DNA from: a virus
Taxonomy: Duplodnaviria > Caudoviricetes
IMG/VR virus record: IMGVR_UViG_3300027833_000050
Location: 1 to 61,681 of that record
Length of the DNA: 61,681 nucleotides
Direction: 5' to 3' (one strand)
Shown here: positions 1-7,267 of the stretch, one piece after another
Layout: each line of letters starts with the position of its first letter
Position numbering within the stretch: position 1 is the stretch's first letter
Notes under the pieces: model-generated
The model's database searches: none
What the model was told of the DNA's origin: nothing
The model's input: the letters and a program-made list of their open reading frames with translations, nothing else
Program-made: the position numbers and the translations under genes

Positions 1-7
1 TAAACAC

Positions 8-36
8 TTGACAACTAGCTAGAATACTGTTATAAT
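8..36 (+). promoter_or_regulatory. sigma70-type (early) promoter for the tmRNA/ncRNA locus
   Basis: TTGACA (8-13), 17-nt spacer, TATAAT (31-36), preceded by TGn (extended -10). Confidence 0.9.
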
Positions 37-42
37 AGCTAC

Positions 43-370
43 TTGCAACAACATTCGTAGAAGCATAAAGTAGATTTGTTTGGACAGGGGTTCGACTCCC
101 CTCGTCTCCACCATAAGAGTATTGTAACGTCCTTAATCGGAACGAGCGTCTAACTCGTGTACAGTACTCTTATGATGGGGACGCTCTGGATTCGACAGGC
201 GAATTGAGGTTATGTGGAGAATCAGTCAATGCTAAAGACTGTAAGGGTTGGGAGTTCCCGACTAAAGAAGCTAATAAAATAATCGCAAACGATAATAATT
301 TTGCACATGGTGATTACGCCTTAGCGGCTTAATCTACCGGGGTCGGGCTCGCCTAGCAACAGAATGAGCC
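43..370 (+). ncRNA. ssrA: circularly permuted (two-piece) tmRNA: acceptor piece ~43-113, intervening segment 114-176, coding piece 177-~370
   Basis: T-arm AGGGG-TTCGACT-CCCCT (86-102) then CGTCTCC-A-CCA (103-113) lies UPSTREAM of the tmRNA 5' end GGGGACGCTCTGGATTCGAC (177-196). GGGGACG/CGTCTCC form a 7-bp acceptor stem with the G3:U70 alanine determinant. Tag frame 285-332 reads ANDNNFAHGDYALAA*. Outer ends are approximate. Confidence 0.93.
285..332 (+). other. tmRNA proteolysis tag reading frame (A)ANDNNFAHGDYALAA
   Basis: Resume codon GCA after an A/T-rich stretch (AAATAATC-GCA); AND- start and YALAA* end are typical of SsrA tags. Confidence 0.93.
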
Positions 371-380
371 ATTTTATTTT

Positions 381-520
381 AGGGTATGGTATCACCCTGA
401 CAGGATGTCAAAGCTACTTGGTACGACATACCAGACACAGGATGTGCGAAAATGTCATAACTAAAAGGAGGTGGTCTGGTTCACCACGAGCAGGATGCTT
501 AAAACGAACCACTTCTTCTA
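381..520 (+). ncRNA. putative CsrB/RsmY-like CsrA(RsmA)-binding RNA
   Basis: Three CAGGATG motifs, each in a short hairpin: TGACAGGATGTCA (398-410), CACAGGATGTG (436-446), AGCAGGATGCT (489-499). Further hairpins and AAGGA motifs lie between them; no listed ORF covers the segment. Confidence 0.6.
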
Positions 521-540
521 ATTGACGTAAGGACTATATA

Positions 541-801
541 ATGACAAATTCAATCATCATTCCATCATCTGATAAAGATGTACAACGCATCAAAGGCGCT
601 ATGAACGAAATTAGTGCATCCTATACTCGCATCGATGCCGAGCGTGATTTCATTAAAGACGCTGTTGAGTCTTTGTCTGAAGATGTTGGAATCCCCAAGA
701 AGTACCTCTCTAAGATGGCTAAAATCTTTCATAAAGAAAATGTATCCGAGTTGATCTCTGAGATCGAAGACATAGAAGCATTAATCGAAACTATTAGCTA
801 G
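541..801 (+). CDS. dsbA: T4 DsbA-like double-stranded DNA-binding protein
   Basis: 86 aa helical protein (EISASYTRIDAERDFIKDAV...IPKKYLSKMAKIFHK); T4 synteny dsbA-33-59-32. Confidence 0.7.
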   Translation: MTNSIIIPSSDKDVQRIKGAMNEISASYTRIDAERDFIKDAVESLSEDVGIPKKYLSKMAKIFHKENVSELISEIEDIEALIETIS

Positions 802-810
802 GAGACAACA

Positions 811-1020
811 ATGTCTAAATTAGTTAGCACTACATTTAAGTTGCAGGAAGACGGTAAAGCTCAAGCAATGATCTATGAAACTGACGGCGGTTGGTTGATC
901 GAGTACTATGATCCAAGAGGTAGTATGATTGCTTCGGAGAAGCATATTGGTAAGTCATTACAATGGGTTGAAGATGCTGCCGAGAACTGGGCACAAGGAA
1001 TAAAGGTGCTAAATGGGTGA
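811..1020 (+). CDS. hypothetical phage protein
   Basis: AGGAG SD, tight packing with neighbours, 69 aa. Confidence 0.75.
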   Translation: MSKLVSTTFKLQEDGKAQAMIYETDGGWLIEYYDPRGSMIASEKHIGKSLQWVEDAAENWAQGIKVLNG

Positions 1021-1267
1021 TAAAAACATTGAAGGCCTAAGAGTGATCAACCGCCTTAACTCTGAGCGCATCATGCTAGAGATAAAGAGGCACATTGATG
1101 CAGGTGTTCCATACATTGATGCAGTAGTTGAGTATGCTGAGAAAAATAGCCTTGAGATAGAAGTCTTAGGAGAGATCATTCGTAAGTCGCCTCTATTGAA
1201 AGCAAACATCTATCGTGAAGCAGAAGACTTAAATATGGTCGAGAAACTTGTGAGATTGCCTGTATGA
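1013..1267 (+). CDS. gp33: late-transcription co-activator gp33
   Basis: YIDAVVEYAEKNSLEIE..I..SPLLKANIYREAEDLN pattern; lies before gp59. Confidence 0.85.
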   Translation: MGDKNIEGLRVINRLNSERIMLEIKRHIDAGVPYIDAVVEYAEKNSLEIEVLGEIIRKSPLLKANIYREAEDLNMVEKLVRLPV

Positions 1268-1863
1268 GTTCTATGTATTCTACTAGAGATGCTTTTGAAC
1301 TCTATAGTTACTACATGGCAATCAAGAAGCATTTCACATCAACTTATGACTTTGTGAAGTATGGCGGTAAGATGAGACTTACCGTCGATGGCTTCGAAAA
1401 TAGAAAAGATAAGTTCTTTTTCTATAAACTATCTAAGAGAAAAGATGCTAAAGATTTTATTCTAGCGAATATATTGAAGAAGCCTGATCTCTGGATTGGC
1501 AACTTGATAGACAGTCACGAAGCAGATGAAGTCTATACTGAGTGGTCAAAAAGGCAACAGTCATTGACTTACACATTTAAGAATGATTTAGATGAGTTAG
1601 ACGATGACTTCAATGCCAACATTGTTGTCGAAGATGGAGAATATCCAAAACTCCTATCTCTGTTCAACAGAAGAAGGGTATGCATTGAGACATTGATTAT
1701 CATTGATGAACTCACTGGATGCTTTAAGTATTGGGAGAAGACTATTCGTGACACCATAGTTTTCCCTGATATAAATAAGACTGTTAACAACTATAAACCT
1801 TTTTTAGATTATGATAAAGTGAAAATGAAGAAAATAGTTCTTGACAAATACAGCAACACCTAG
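1264..1863 (+). CDS. gp59: helicase loader gp59
   Basis: Y..YMAIKKHFT..YDFVKYGGK, FENRKDKFFFYKL, IETLII, YKPFL motifs; synteny with gp32. Confidence 0.92.
   Translation: MSSMYSTRDAFELYSYYMAIKKHFTSTYDFVKYGGKMRLTVDGFENRKDKFFFYKLSKRKDAKDFILANILKKPDLWIGNLIDSHEADEVYTEWSKRQQSLTYTFKNDLDELDDDFNANIVVEDGEYPKLLSLFNRRRVCIETLIIIDELTGCFKYWEKTIRDTIVFPDINKTVNNYKPFLDYDKVKMKKIVLDKYSNT
1770..1777 (+). promoter_or_regulatory. T4-type late promoter inside gp59, upstream of gp32
   Basis: TATAAATA exact match about 160 nt before the gp32 start. Confidence 0.5.
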
Positions 1864-1869
1864 TATAAT
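1841..1869 (+). promoter_or_regulatory. sigma70-type promoter for gp32
   Basis: TTGACA (1841-1846), 17 nt, TATAAT (1864-1869), overlapping the gp59 stop. Confidence 0.88.
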
Positions 1870-1933
1870 ACAACGCATACGAGAAGTACTAAAATCGTAA
1901 AAACTATATAACGCATACAACGGAGAAACACCT

Positions 1934-2863
1934 ATGAGTTTTGCATCATTAAAGAAAAACCGAACATCCTCTTTTGACAAACTGAACAATCAGCTTCAGT
2001 CAATGTCTAATCAAAAAATGTCCAAAGGTGACGACAACTACTGGAAACCAGAAGTCGATAAAGCTGGCAATGGCTATGCTGTACTTCGATTCCTGCCTGC
2101 ATCTGAGAACGAAGATATGCCTTTCGTTCGCTATTGGGATCATGGCTTTCAAGGGCCAGGTGGTTGGTACATCGAGAAGTCTCTAACAACTCTAAGTCAA
2201 GAAGATCCAGTATCTGAGTATAACTCTCAGTTGTGGAACTCTGGTCATGATGAAGACAAAGAGATTGCTCGTAAGCAGAAACGCCGTCTTAGCTATGTAG
2301 CTAATGTAATGGTCGTATCTGACCCATCAAATCCTTCTCGTGAAGGTCAAGTTTATTTGTATAAATTTGGTAAGAAAATCTTCGACAAACTGAACGATGC
2401 TATGAATCCTCAGTTCGCTGATGAAGATCCAATCAACCCATTCGACTTTTGGGAAGGTGCTGACTTCAAACTAAAGATTCGTCAAGTAGAAGGCTATCGC
2501 AACTATGACAAGTCTGAGTTTGCATCACCTGCTCCTATCTCTAATTCTGAAGGTGCGCTATCTGATGAAGATATGGAAGCAACGTCGTGGAATAAACAGC
2601 ACTCCCTAGCCGAGATTGTTGATCCTAAAAACTTCAAGTCTTATGGAGAACTTAAAGCTAAACTGCACAAAGTTCTACAACTTGATGGCGGTTCACACGC
2701 ACCCAGCCCGACCGCTGAGGACAGCAATGCGGGGATGGCGTTTCAGCCTAACTTTAAAGAGCGAACTGCACCAGCAGCCGCTCAGGCTGAAGCCCCATCT
2801 CCAACCTCTTCAGAGTCAACGGATGACTCTCTTGATTTTTTCAAGAGTCTAGCTGAAGACTAG
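1934..2863 (+). CDS. gp32: single-stranded DNA-binding protein gp32
   Basis: WKPEVDKAGNGYAVLRFLP, HGFQGPGGWYIEKSLTT, YKFGKKIFDK, YRNYDKSEF; acidic C-terminal tail. Confidence 0.97.
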   Translation: MSFASLKKNRTSSFDKLNNQLQSMSNQKMSKGDDNYWKPEVDKAGNGYAVLRFLPASENEDMPFVRYWDHGFQGPGGWYIEKSLTTLSQEDPVSEYNSQLWNSGHDEDKEIARKQKRRLSYVANVMVVSDPSNPSREGQVYLYKFGKKIFDKLNDAMNPQFADEDPINPFDFWEGADFKLKIRQVEGYRNYDKSEFASPAPISNSEGALSDEDMEATSWNKQHSLAEIVDPKNFKSYGELKAKLHKVLQLDGGSHAPSPTAEDSNAGMAFQPNFKERTAPAAAQAEAPSPTSSESTDDSLDFFKSLAED

Positions 2864-2893
2864 AAGAGACAAAACTCAATATAGCGAGTTTAT

Positions 2894-2931
2894 GGGGAGA
2901 TGGAAGCCAAAAGCTGAAGTCTCCCCTTTTT
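2894..2931 (+). terminator. rho-independent terminator after gp32
   Basis: GGGGAGA (2894-2900)...TCTCCCC (2920-2926) followed by TTTTT. Confidence 0.8.
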
Positions 2932-2957
2932 ATTACACAAAGTTAATGTTAAAGGGG

Positions 2958-2985
2958 TTGACTTTCTTTCTAGCCATGATATAAT
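2958..2985 (+). promoter_or_regulatory. sigma70-type early promoter
   Basis: TTGACT, 16 nt, TGa-TATAAT; shares TATAATAGCTAC with the promoter at 8-42. Confidence 0.8.
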
Positions 2986-3035
2986 AGCTACATAAATTGA
3001 GATGAGAGAGAAAAATATGAAATGGAGGCTATAAA

Positions 3036-3203
3036 ATGAAAATATACGGAGTGTATGATGTTTACGGTGGCCAATACGGCGAGACTTCAGAAATAGACCG
3101 ATACTATCTATTAAGAGAAAAAGCTATAGAGTTTATACTTGATGAAGGCGGTCATGAAGCACACCTCGATGATTGGTTAGTTGAGATAGAGGTTATAGAA
3201 TGA
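3036..3203 (+). CDS. small acidic hypothetical early protein (55 aa, MKIYGVYDVYGG...EIEVIE; not in ORF track)
   Basis: GGAGG SD at 3024-3028, open frame read by hand, directly behind an early promoter. Confidence 0.75.
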   Translation: MKIYGVYDVYGGQYGETSEIDRYYLLREKAIEFILDEGGHEAHLDDWLVEIEVIE

Positions 3204-3225
3204 TACACAACAAATGGAGAACAAT

Positions 3226-3435
3226 ATGAGTAAAGTTTTTAAAGTTTTGAACAGAGACGTTAGCATTCGAATCAATCGAGATAACACTCCACCTGAGCGT
3301 TTCGAAGTTACTATCAATAACGAAATCTTTACTTACGGTTACTTACCAGATGCTGTTGATAGAGTTAGAGAAGCCGCACCAGAGTTGATTGCTTTAAACT
3401 TAAAAGACATTATCAAAGAAAAAATCTGGTTCTAA
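3226..3435 (+). CDS. hypothetical early protein
   Basis: GGAG SD at 3216-3219 favours the ATG at 3226 (MSKVFKV...) over 3214. Confidence 0.7.
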   Translation: MSKVFKVLNRDVSIRINRDNTPPERFEVTINNEIFTYGYLPDAVDRVREAAPELIALNLKDIIKEKIWF

Positions 3436-3507
3436 AGTTGAGGAACTTGAAGAACTTCTCAAGCAAGACAACATAGAAACTACATTGCCTCGCAAGAAGA
3501 AGGATGA

Positions 3508-5148
3508 TTATTGAGGAACAGGTAAGTGACTGTTCATAAGTGAATTATTACCACCATTGACTATATTGAATATAGTGCTAGAGCCACCAACGCTCGTGTT
3601 ATTCGTATTATTACCGCCAGCATTTACCATCAAGTCAGGTCTCATAGGTGCACCGCCTCCGAATGCTCCACCACCTTGTGCAATTGTTTGTATATTAGCC
3701 ACTTTGGCATCCACTACTGAAGCAGGGATAGTTGTTGCTGAATCAGGGCCTTTTAGTTGTTGAGCCCTCTTTTTAGCATTCGCTCTTTGCTGTTTTCTTT
3801 TATACCCAGCCATTCCTGCTTTCCCTCGGAATACATCTTCACTAGGTTCGGGACCCTCACCCGATAGATAATCAGCTAACTCTTCTGATAATCTTTCGCC
3901 CGCAACAGAGCCAATTAATGCTCCTGCTAAACCACCAAGAATACCACCAGGTACGGCACCAACAACTGCGAAACCTGAACCAAGTGCGGCACCTGCGGAA
4001 GTACCCGCAAAACCGCCAAGTGTAGCACCACTAACAGAACCTAACGCACCCGCAATTTGCTTATTAACTTCATCGGGTGGCGCATCATTATAGATTGCCA
4101 TAAGTGGATCGATTAATGCAGGTATTACTGCCAATGCAGGCCCCGCAAACTTAAAGAACTTAGCATACTTAGCGAGAGTTGACAGTCTACCTTCTGCTTT
4201 CAACGCATCTGCTACTTGACCAGCACTTTGGAATCGACCAGTACCTGCATCAATTACTCTACCTGCTGAGTTGACTCTCATACTGCTTGGAATGTTAGCA
4301 GGTCTTGGTGTATTGCGACCACCGCCTGTCGTAGGTCTTGGTGTGCTACTTGCCGGCGAAGTCGTAGGTCTTGGTGGTCCTGACGGTGTAGGAGTCGTTG
4401 GTGGAGTCACAGTCGGTATTGACGATGGCTTGAATGCTTTCACGACTTTATTAGCTATTGCTTTAGCACCTTTTGCAATTAACATTGGAATTGCAATTCC
4501 TAATGCCCCGCCAACTGCTAAACCAATATTACTTGCCGCTTCATCACTAATAGGCAAATCTAAATCTTTCATTTTTTCAGAAAGGGCACCTGCTAAGAAG
4601 CCAGGCAATATGAGTCTTTTACTGATCAATCCACCAAGGATTGCCCAAAGTGATCCCTTGCCAGTATCATCAAACTTTAACGCAGAAGCGAATGAGTTTG
4701 AAATTACATCACCGTTCTCGTCTAGTTTTTGTTCTACTCCACCTTTAACATTTAGTGCAAATTCTTTAATCGCTGGTGCCGCTAATGCTAATCCTAAACC
4801 TTTAGCGATGGTCATAGCAAGACCACCTTTATCTTTTACGAACTGATCACCACCTTTCTTGACATTCTTAGCTGTTTCAACTGCTTTTTTACCGGCAGCC
4901 GCACCCTTTTCAGCGACTTGTTGCAGTCTAGTCTTTCTTGCGGCATCAGCGGCCGCATCAGAGGCAGCCTGAGCAGCCTCTTCTTCTGCTCTCGCCGAGT
5001 CTTCTTGAACCTTTAACTGATCTTCTTCTATACTAAGAAGTTTTGCTAAGGCACCAAATGTCTTTTCTTGGCCGTCATTGATCTGTGTCAGCAACTTGAT
5101 CATCGGATCATCTGCTGGGTTTGATGCGGGTCTGCTAGGTGGTAACAT
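3508..5148 (-). CDS. gp29-like baseplate hub / tape-measure protein
   Basis: 546 aa, Ala/Gly-rich helical with hydrophobic GxxxG segments and a Pro/Thr linker; downstream of 54-26-51; size similar to T4 gp29. Confidence 0.6.
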   Translation of the reverse strand: MLPPSRPASNPADDPMIKLLTQINDGQEKTFGALAKLLSIEEDQLKVQEDSARAEEEAAQAASDAAADAARKTRLQQVAEKGAAAGKKAVETAKNVKKGGDQFVKDKGGLAMTIAKGLGLALAAPAIKEFALNVKGGVEQKLDENGDVISNSFASALKFDDTGKGSLWAILGGLISKRLILPGFLAGALSEKMKDLDLPISDEAASNIGLAVGGALGIAIPMLIAKGAKAIANKVVKAFKPSSIPTVTPPTTPTPSGPPRPTTSPASSTPRPTTGGGRNTPRPANIPSSMRVNSAGRVIDAGTGRFQSAGQVADALKAEGRLSTLAKYAKFFKFAGPALAVIPALIDPLMAIYNDAPPDEVNKQIAGALGSVSGATLGGFAGTSAGAALGSGFAVVGAVPGGILGGLAGALIGSVAGERLSEELADYLSGEGPEPSEDVFRGKAGMAGYKRKQQRANAKKRAQQLKGPDSATTIPASVVDAKVANIQTIAQGGGAFGGGAPMRPDLMVNAGGNNTNNTSVGGSSTIFNIVNGGNNSLMNSHLPVPQ

Positions 5149-5152
5149 TTAA

Positions 5153-5269
5153 TTAATCCTTGAATTTACTATCGATGTAACATTTGCCATAGTAAAGAAT
5201 ACCTAACCAAACAGTGAATAATACACCGTCAAGATATGATAATGAATTCCATGCTTCTACGGGATCCAT
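5153..5269 (-). CDS. small single-TM membrane protein (38 aa, MDPVEAWNSLSYLDGVLFTVWLGILYYGKCYIDSKFKD; not in ORF track)
   Basis: Fills the gap between 5271 and 5148 almost exactly; hydrophobic core. Confidence 0.65.
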   Translation of the reverse strand: MDPVEAWNSLSYLDGVLFTVWLGILYYGKCYIDSKFKD

Positions 5270-5270
5270 C

Positions 5271-5591
5271 TTATTTCTTCTTCATTGCTTGTGTGCCAAA
5301 GAATGCCGCAACGATACCAGCAACAGCGACAAAATATGTCGGTGCCATGCTTCCCAATGTCTTTTGTGCTTCGTCTAATCCTGCGAGAGATGCTAGAACA
5401 ACAGCAAATGGGTACAACAATAGACCACCAAGAGCAAACCATGTCATGTTACGCTGTGCGTCACGCATAGCATCAGCATCTTCTAGTTCTTTTCGTCTAA
5501 ACTCAAGATACAATGCTTCTTCTTGCTTGCTTACTTGACCATCACCATTTGTATCAGCAGGGTGAAATACGTCTTTTGTTTCTTCTGACAT
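5271..5591 (-). CDS. two-TM membrane protein with N-terminal EF-hand-like loop (holin-like topology)
   Basis: DTNGDGQVSKQE loop, two hydrophobic helices, basic KKK C-terminus, GAGG SD. Confidence 0.7.
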   Translation of the reverse strand: MSEETKDVFHPADTNGDGQVSKQEEALYLEFRRKELEDADAMRDAQRNMTWFALGGLLLYPFAVVLASLAGLDEAQKTLGSMAPTYFVAVAGIVAAFFGTQAMKKK

Positions 5592-5606
5592 AACTACCTC
5601 ATTTTA

Positions 5607-5771
5607 TTATTCTTTTGATTTTAATTCTTCCATATATTCTACTAACATTTCAACATACAAATCTCTTTCGTATGGCAGAATGTTTTCAATATCAGCTATA
5701 CTGTATTTATGATGTTGAGCCAATGAGAACAATGTTTTATAGTAAATTCCCAGACTGGTATGACTCAACAT
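5607..5771 (-). CDS. short gp51-like baseplate/tail assembly ORF (54 aa, MLSHTSLGIYYKTLFSLAQHHKYSIADIENILPYERDLYVEML...; not in ORF track)
   Basis: FSLAQHHKYS..DIEN..PYER.LY pattern typical of the ORF after gp26 in marine T4-likes; TAATG overlap with the gp26 stop. Confidence 0.75.
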   Translation of the reverse strand: MLSHTSLGIYYKTLFSLAQHHKYSIADIENILPYERDLYVEMLVEYMEELKSKE

Positions 5772-6472
5772 TAGAGAAAAAAAGTTTCTGTTCCATCTAA
5801 TACAAGATTTTTCTCATTACCCTTACTATTGATGTATGTTGTCTCAAATCTTAGAGAAGGTATTGTTTCGAAAAAGCTTTTAAGTTCTTCTACCGTGCCG
5901 CCAGGAAAGGTATCAACAAAATCTCTTATTTCTTCTATGCTATATTCGCTTAAACTTGCGACTTCATCACCATTTACTACACAATCAATACACGATATCA
6001 TTACATCAAATGCAGTGTTTGTAGGATCTTCTTCATAATTCAAAAAGATGCCCACTTGATCCAGTGTAGGGTACTTCATCATCAAGCGCATATCGTCATT
6101 AACTTTTATTTCTTTGCTATGACTTTCGTCAGTATGCAATACAATTTCATCAATATCCATTTCTAGTTCAACATCTTCGCCAGTTTCTTCATCTTTGACA
6201 TTAAATGTGATTACATTATTGACCGACTTTGATCTAATCTGCATCATCAAATATTCTAACTCAAACATCGGAAGTTCATCTACATTTACATCTTCACAGC
6301 AGTTTGTTACTATCTGTCTCATGGATAATATTACTTGATTTGGCTCTTGAGCCTCTTGAGCCATTAGAAGAATCTTCTCTTCTTTAACTGTAAACGGTCT
6401 ATACTTTACAGTCTTACCAGTTGATAATAGCTTAGTCTCAAATAACGGAAGATCGATCTTCGGTAATCCCAT
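5771..6472 (-). CDS. gp26: baseplate hub assembly protein gp26
   Basis: MGLPKIDLP, VKYRPFTVKEEKILLMA, FELEYL..QIRSKSV, MKYPT, FFETIP motifs. Confidence 0.88.
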   Translation of the reverse strand: MGLPKIDLPLFETKLLSTGKTVKYRPFTVKEEKILLMAQEAQEPNQVILSMRQIVTNCCEDVNVDELPMFELEYLMMQIRSKSVNNVITFNVKDEETGEDVELEMDIDEIVLHTDESHSKEIKVNDDMRLMMKYPTLDQVGIFLNYEEDPTNTAFDVMISCIDCVVNGDEVASLSEYSIEEIRDFVDTFPGGTVEELKSFFETIPSLRFETTYINSKGNEKNLVLDGTETFFL

Positions 6473-6505
6473 TGCACTTCTCCTATAATATAGAAATTAT
6501 TTAAA

Positions 6506-7267
6506 TTATTTAAACGAATTATAAATTGTATTAACATTAATCAAATTATTGATTGCGTCTTGAACTCCTTGAGGCTTACTAATAGACTCTAATGCATTCA
6601 CTGTGTTATTTATTGAAGAGAACCATCTCAACAATCTACCCGTATTAGATCCTGGTAAATCAGATTGAACTCTACCAGCCTCAGAACCAGTTACTTTAAG
6701 TTGATCATATGTAAATCCAATAGGTAATGTTAACACTTCTGCCGCATTTTCCCAAGCGACAGCGACATTTCCAACATTAACTGGATATAAGCCAGAGAAC
6801 TCATAAACATATTCAACCTTTCTACTGTTTTGAGAGAATACTGCTACTTGCATAGTAGTGGCATATTCGTCTTTATATCCCATCTCAAAAGGCATTGCAT
6901 TATCTACTGAGCCGTAATTACCACCGCTTCTATCATAGTTAATGATTGCTTGTGTCCATCTATGAAATAGCTTCATCACTCCAAAGTTTGAGTCTACCAT
7001 AAATGATGTAGGCATAACAGGAAAACTCATTGTCTGGGGTCTTCGAGTGATGGGTCCAAAGCCCTGCTGTTGAACATCTGCTGTAGTAACATCAAACTCT
7101 GGTAACTGTACAGATTTACAGAAAAATTCTAGGTCCTTACTGATAGGAATACTTCCTAGTTCATTCTGTAATGCCCTAGGCATCTGTATTCTAGCAAAGA
7201 ATAGATTACTCTTAGCCACCCCATGCTCATGCAGTTTTGAATTAAAGTCTGCTATATTGAACGACAT
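6506..7267 (-). CDS. gp54: baseplate-tail tube initiator gp54 (gp19-like fold)
   Basis: FFCKSVQLP, F..W...I, YKDEY, GLYPVNVG..W..L.L.F.Y tube-family pattern; adjacent to gene 2. Confidence 0.75.
   Translation of the reverse strand: MSFNIADFNSKLHEHGVAKSNLFFARIQMPRALQNELGSIPISKDLEFFCKSVQLPEFDVTTADVQQQGFGPITRRPQTMSFPVMPTSFMVDSNFGVMKLFHRWTQAIINYDRSGGNYGSVDNAMPFEMGYKDEYATTMQVAVFSQNSRKVEYVYEFSGLYPVNVGNVAVAWENAAEVLTLPIGFTYDQLKVTGSEAGRVQSDLPGSNTGRLLRWFSSINNTVNALESISKPQGVQDAINNLINVNTIYNSFK

Noticed and set aside
81-113. A stand-alone tRNA gene (GGTTCGACTCC...CCA)
   Set aside because: There is no upstream acceptor 5' strand, D-arm or anticodon arm. The pairing partner lies downstream at 177-183, which fits a permuted tmRNA.
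398-499. CRISPR-like mini-array from the CAGGATG repeats
   Set aside because: The repeats are only 7-9 nt, the spacing is irregular (37 and 53 nt), and there are no cas genes in the window.
4296-4420. Short direct repeats (GTCGTAGGTCTTGGTG) as a regulatory or mobile repeat
   Set aside because: They are explained by the Pro/Thr-rich PRPTT linker of the minus-strand protein.
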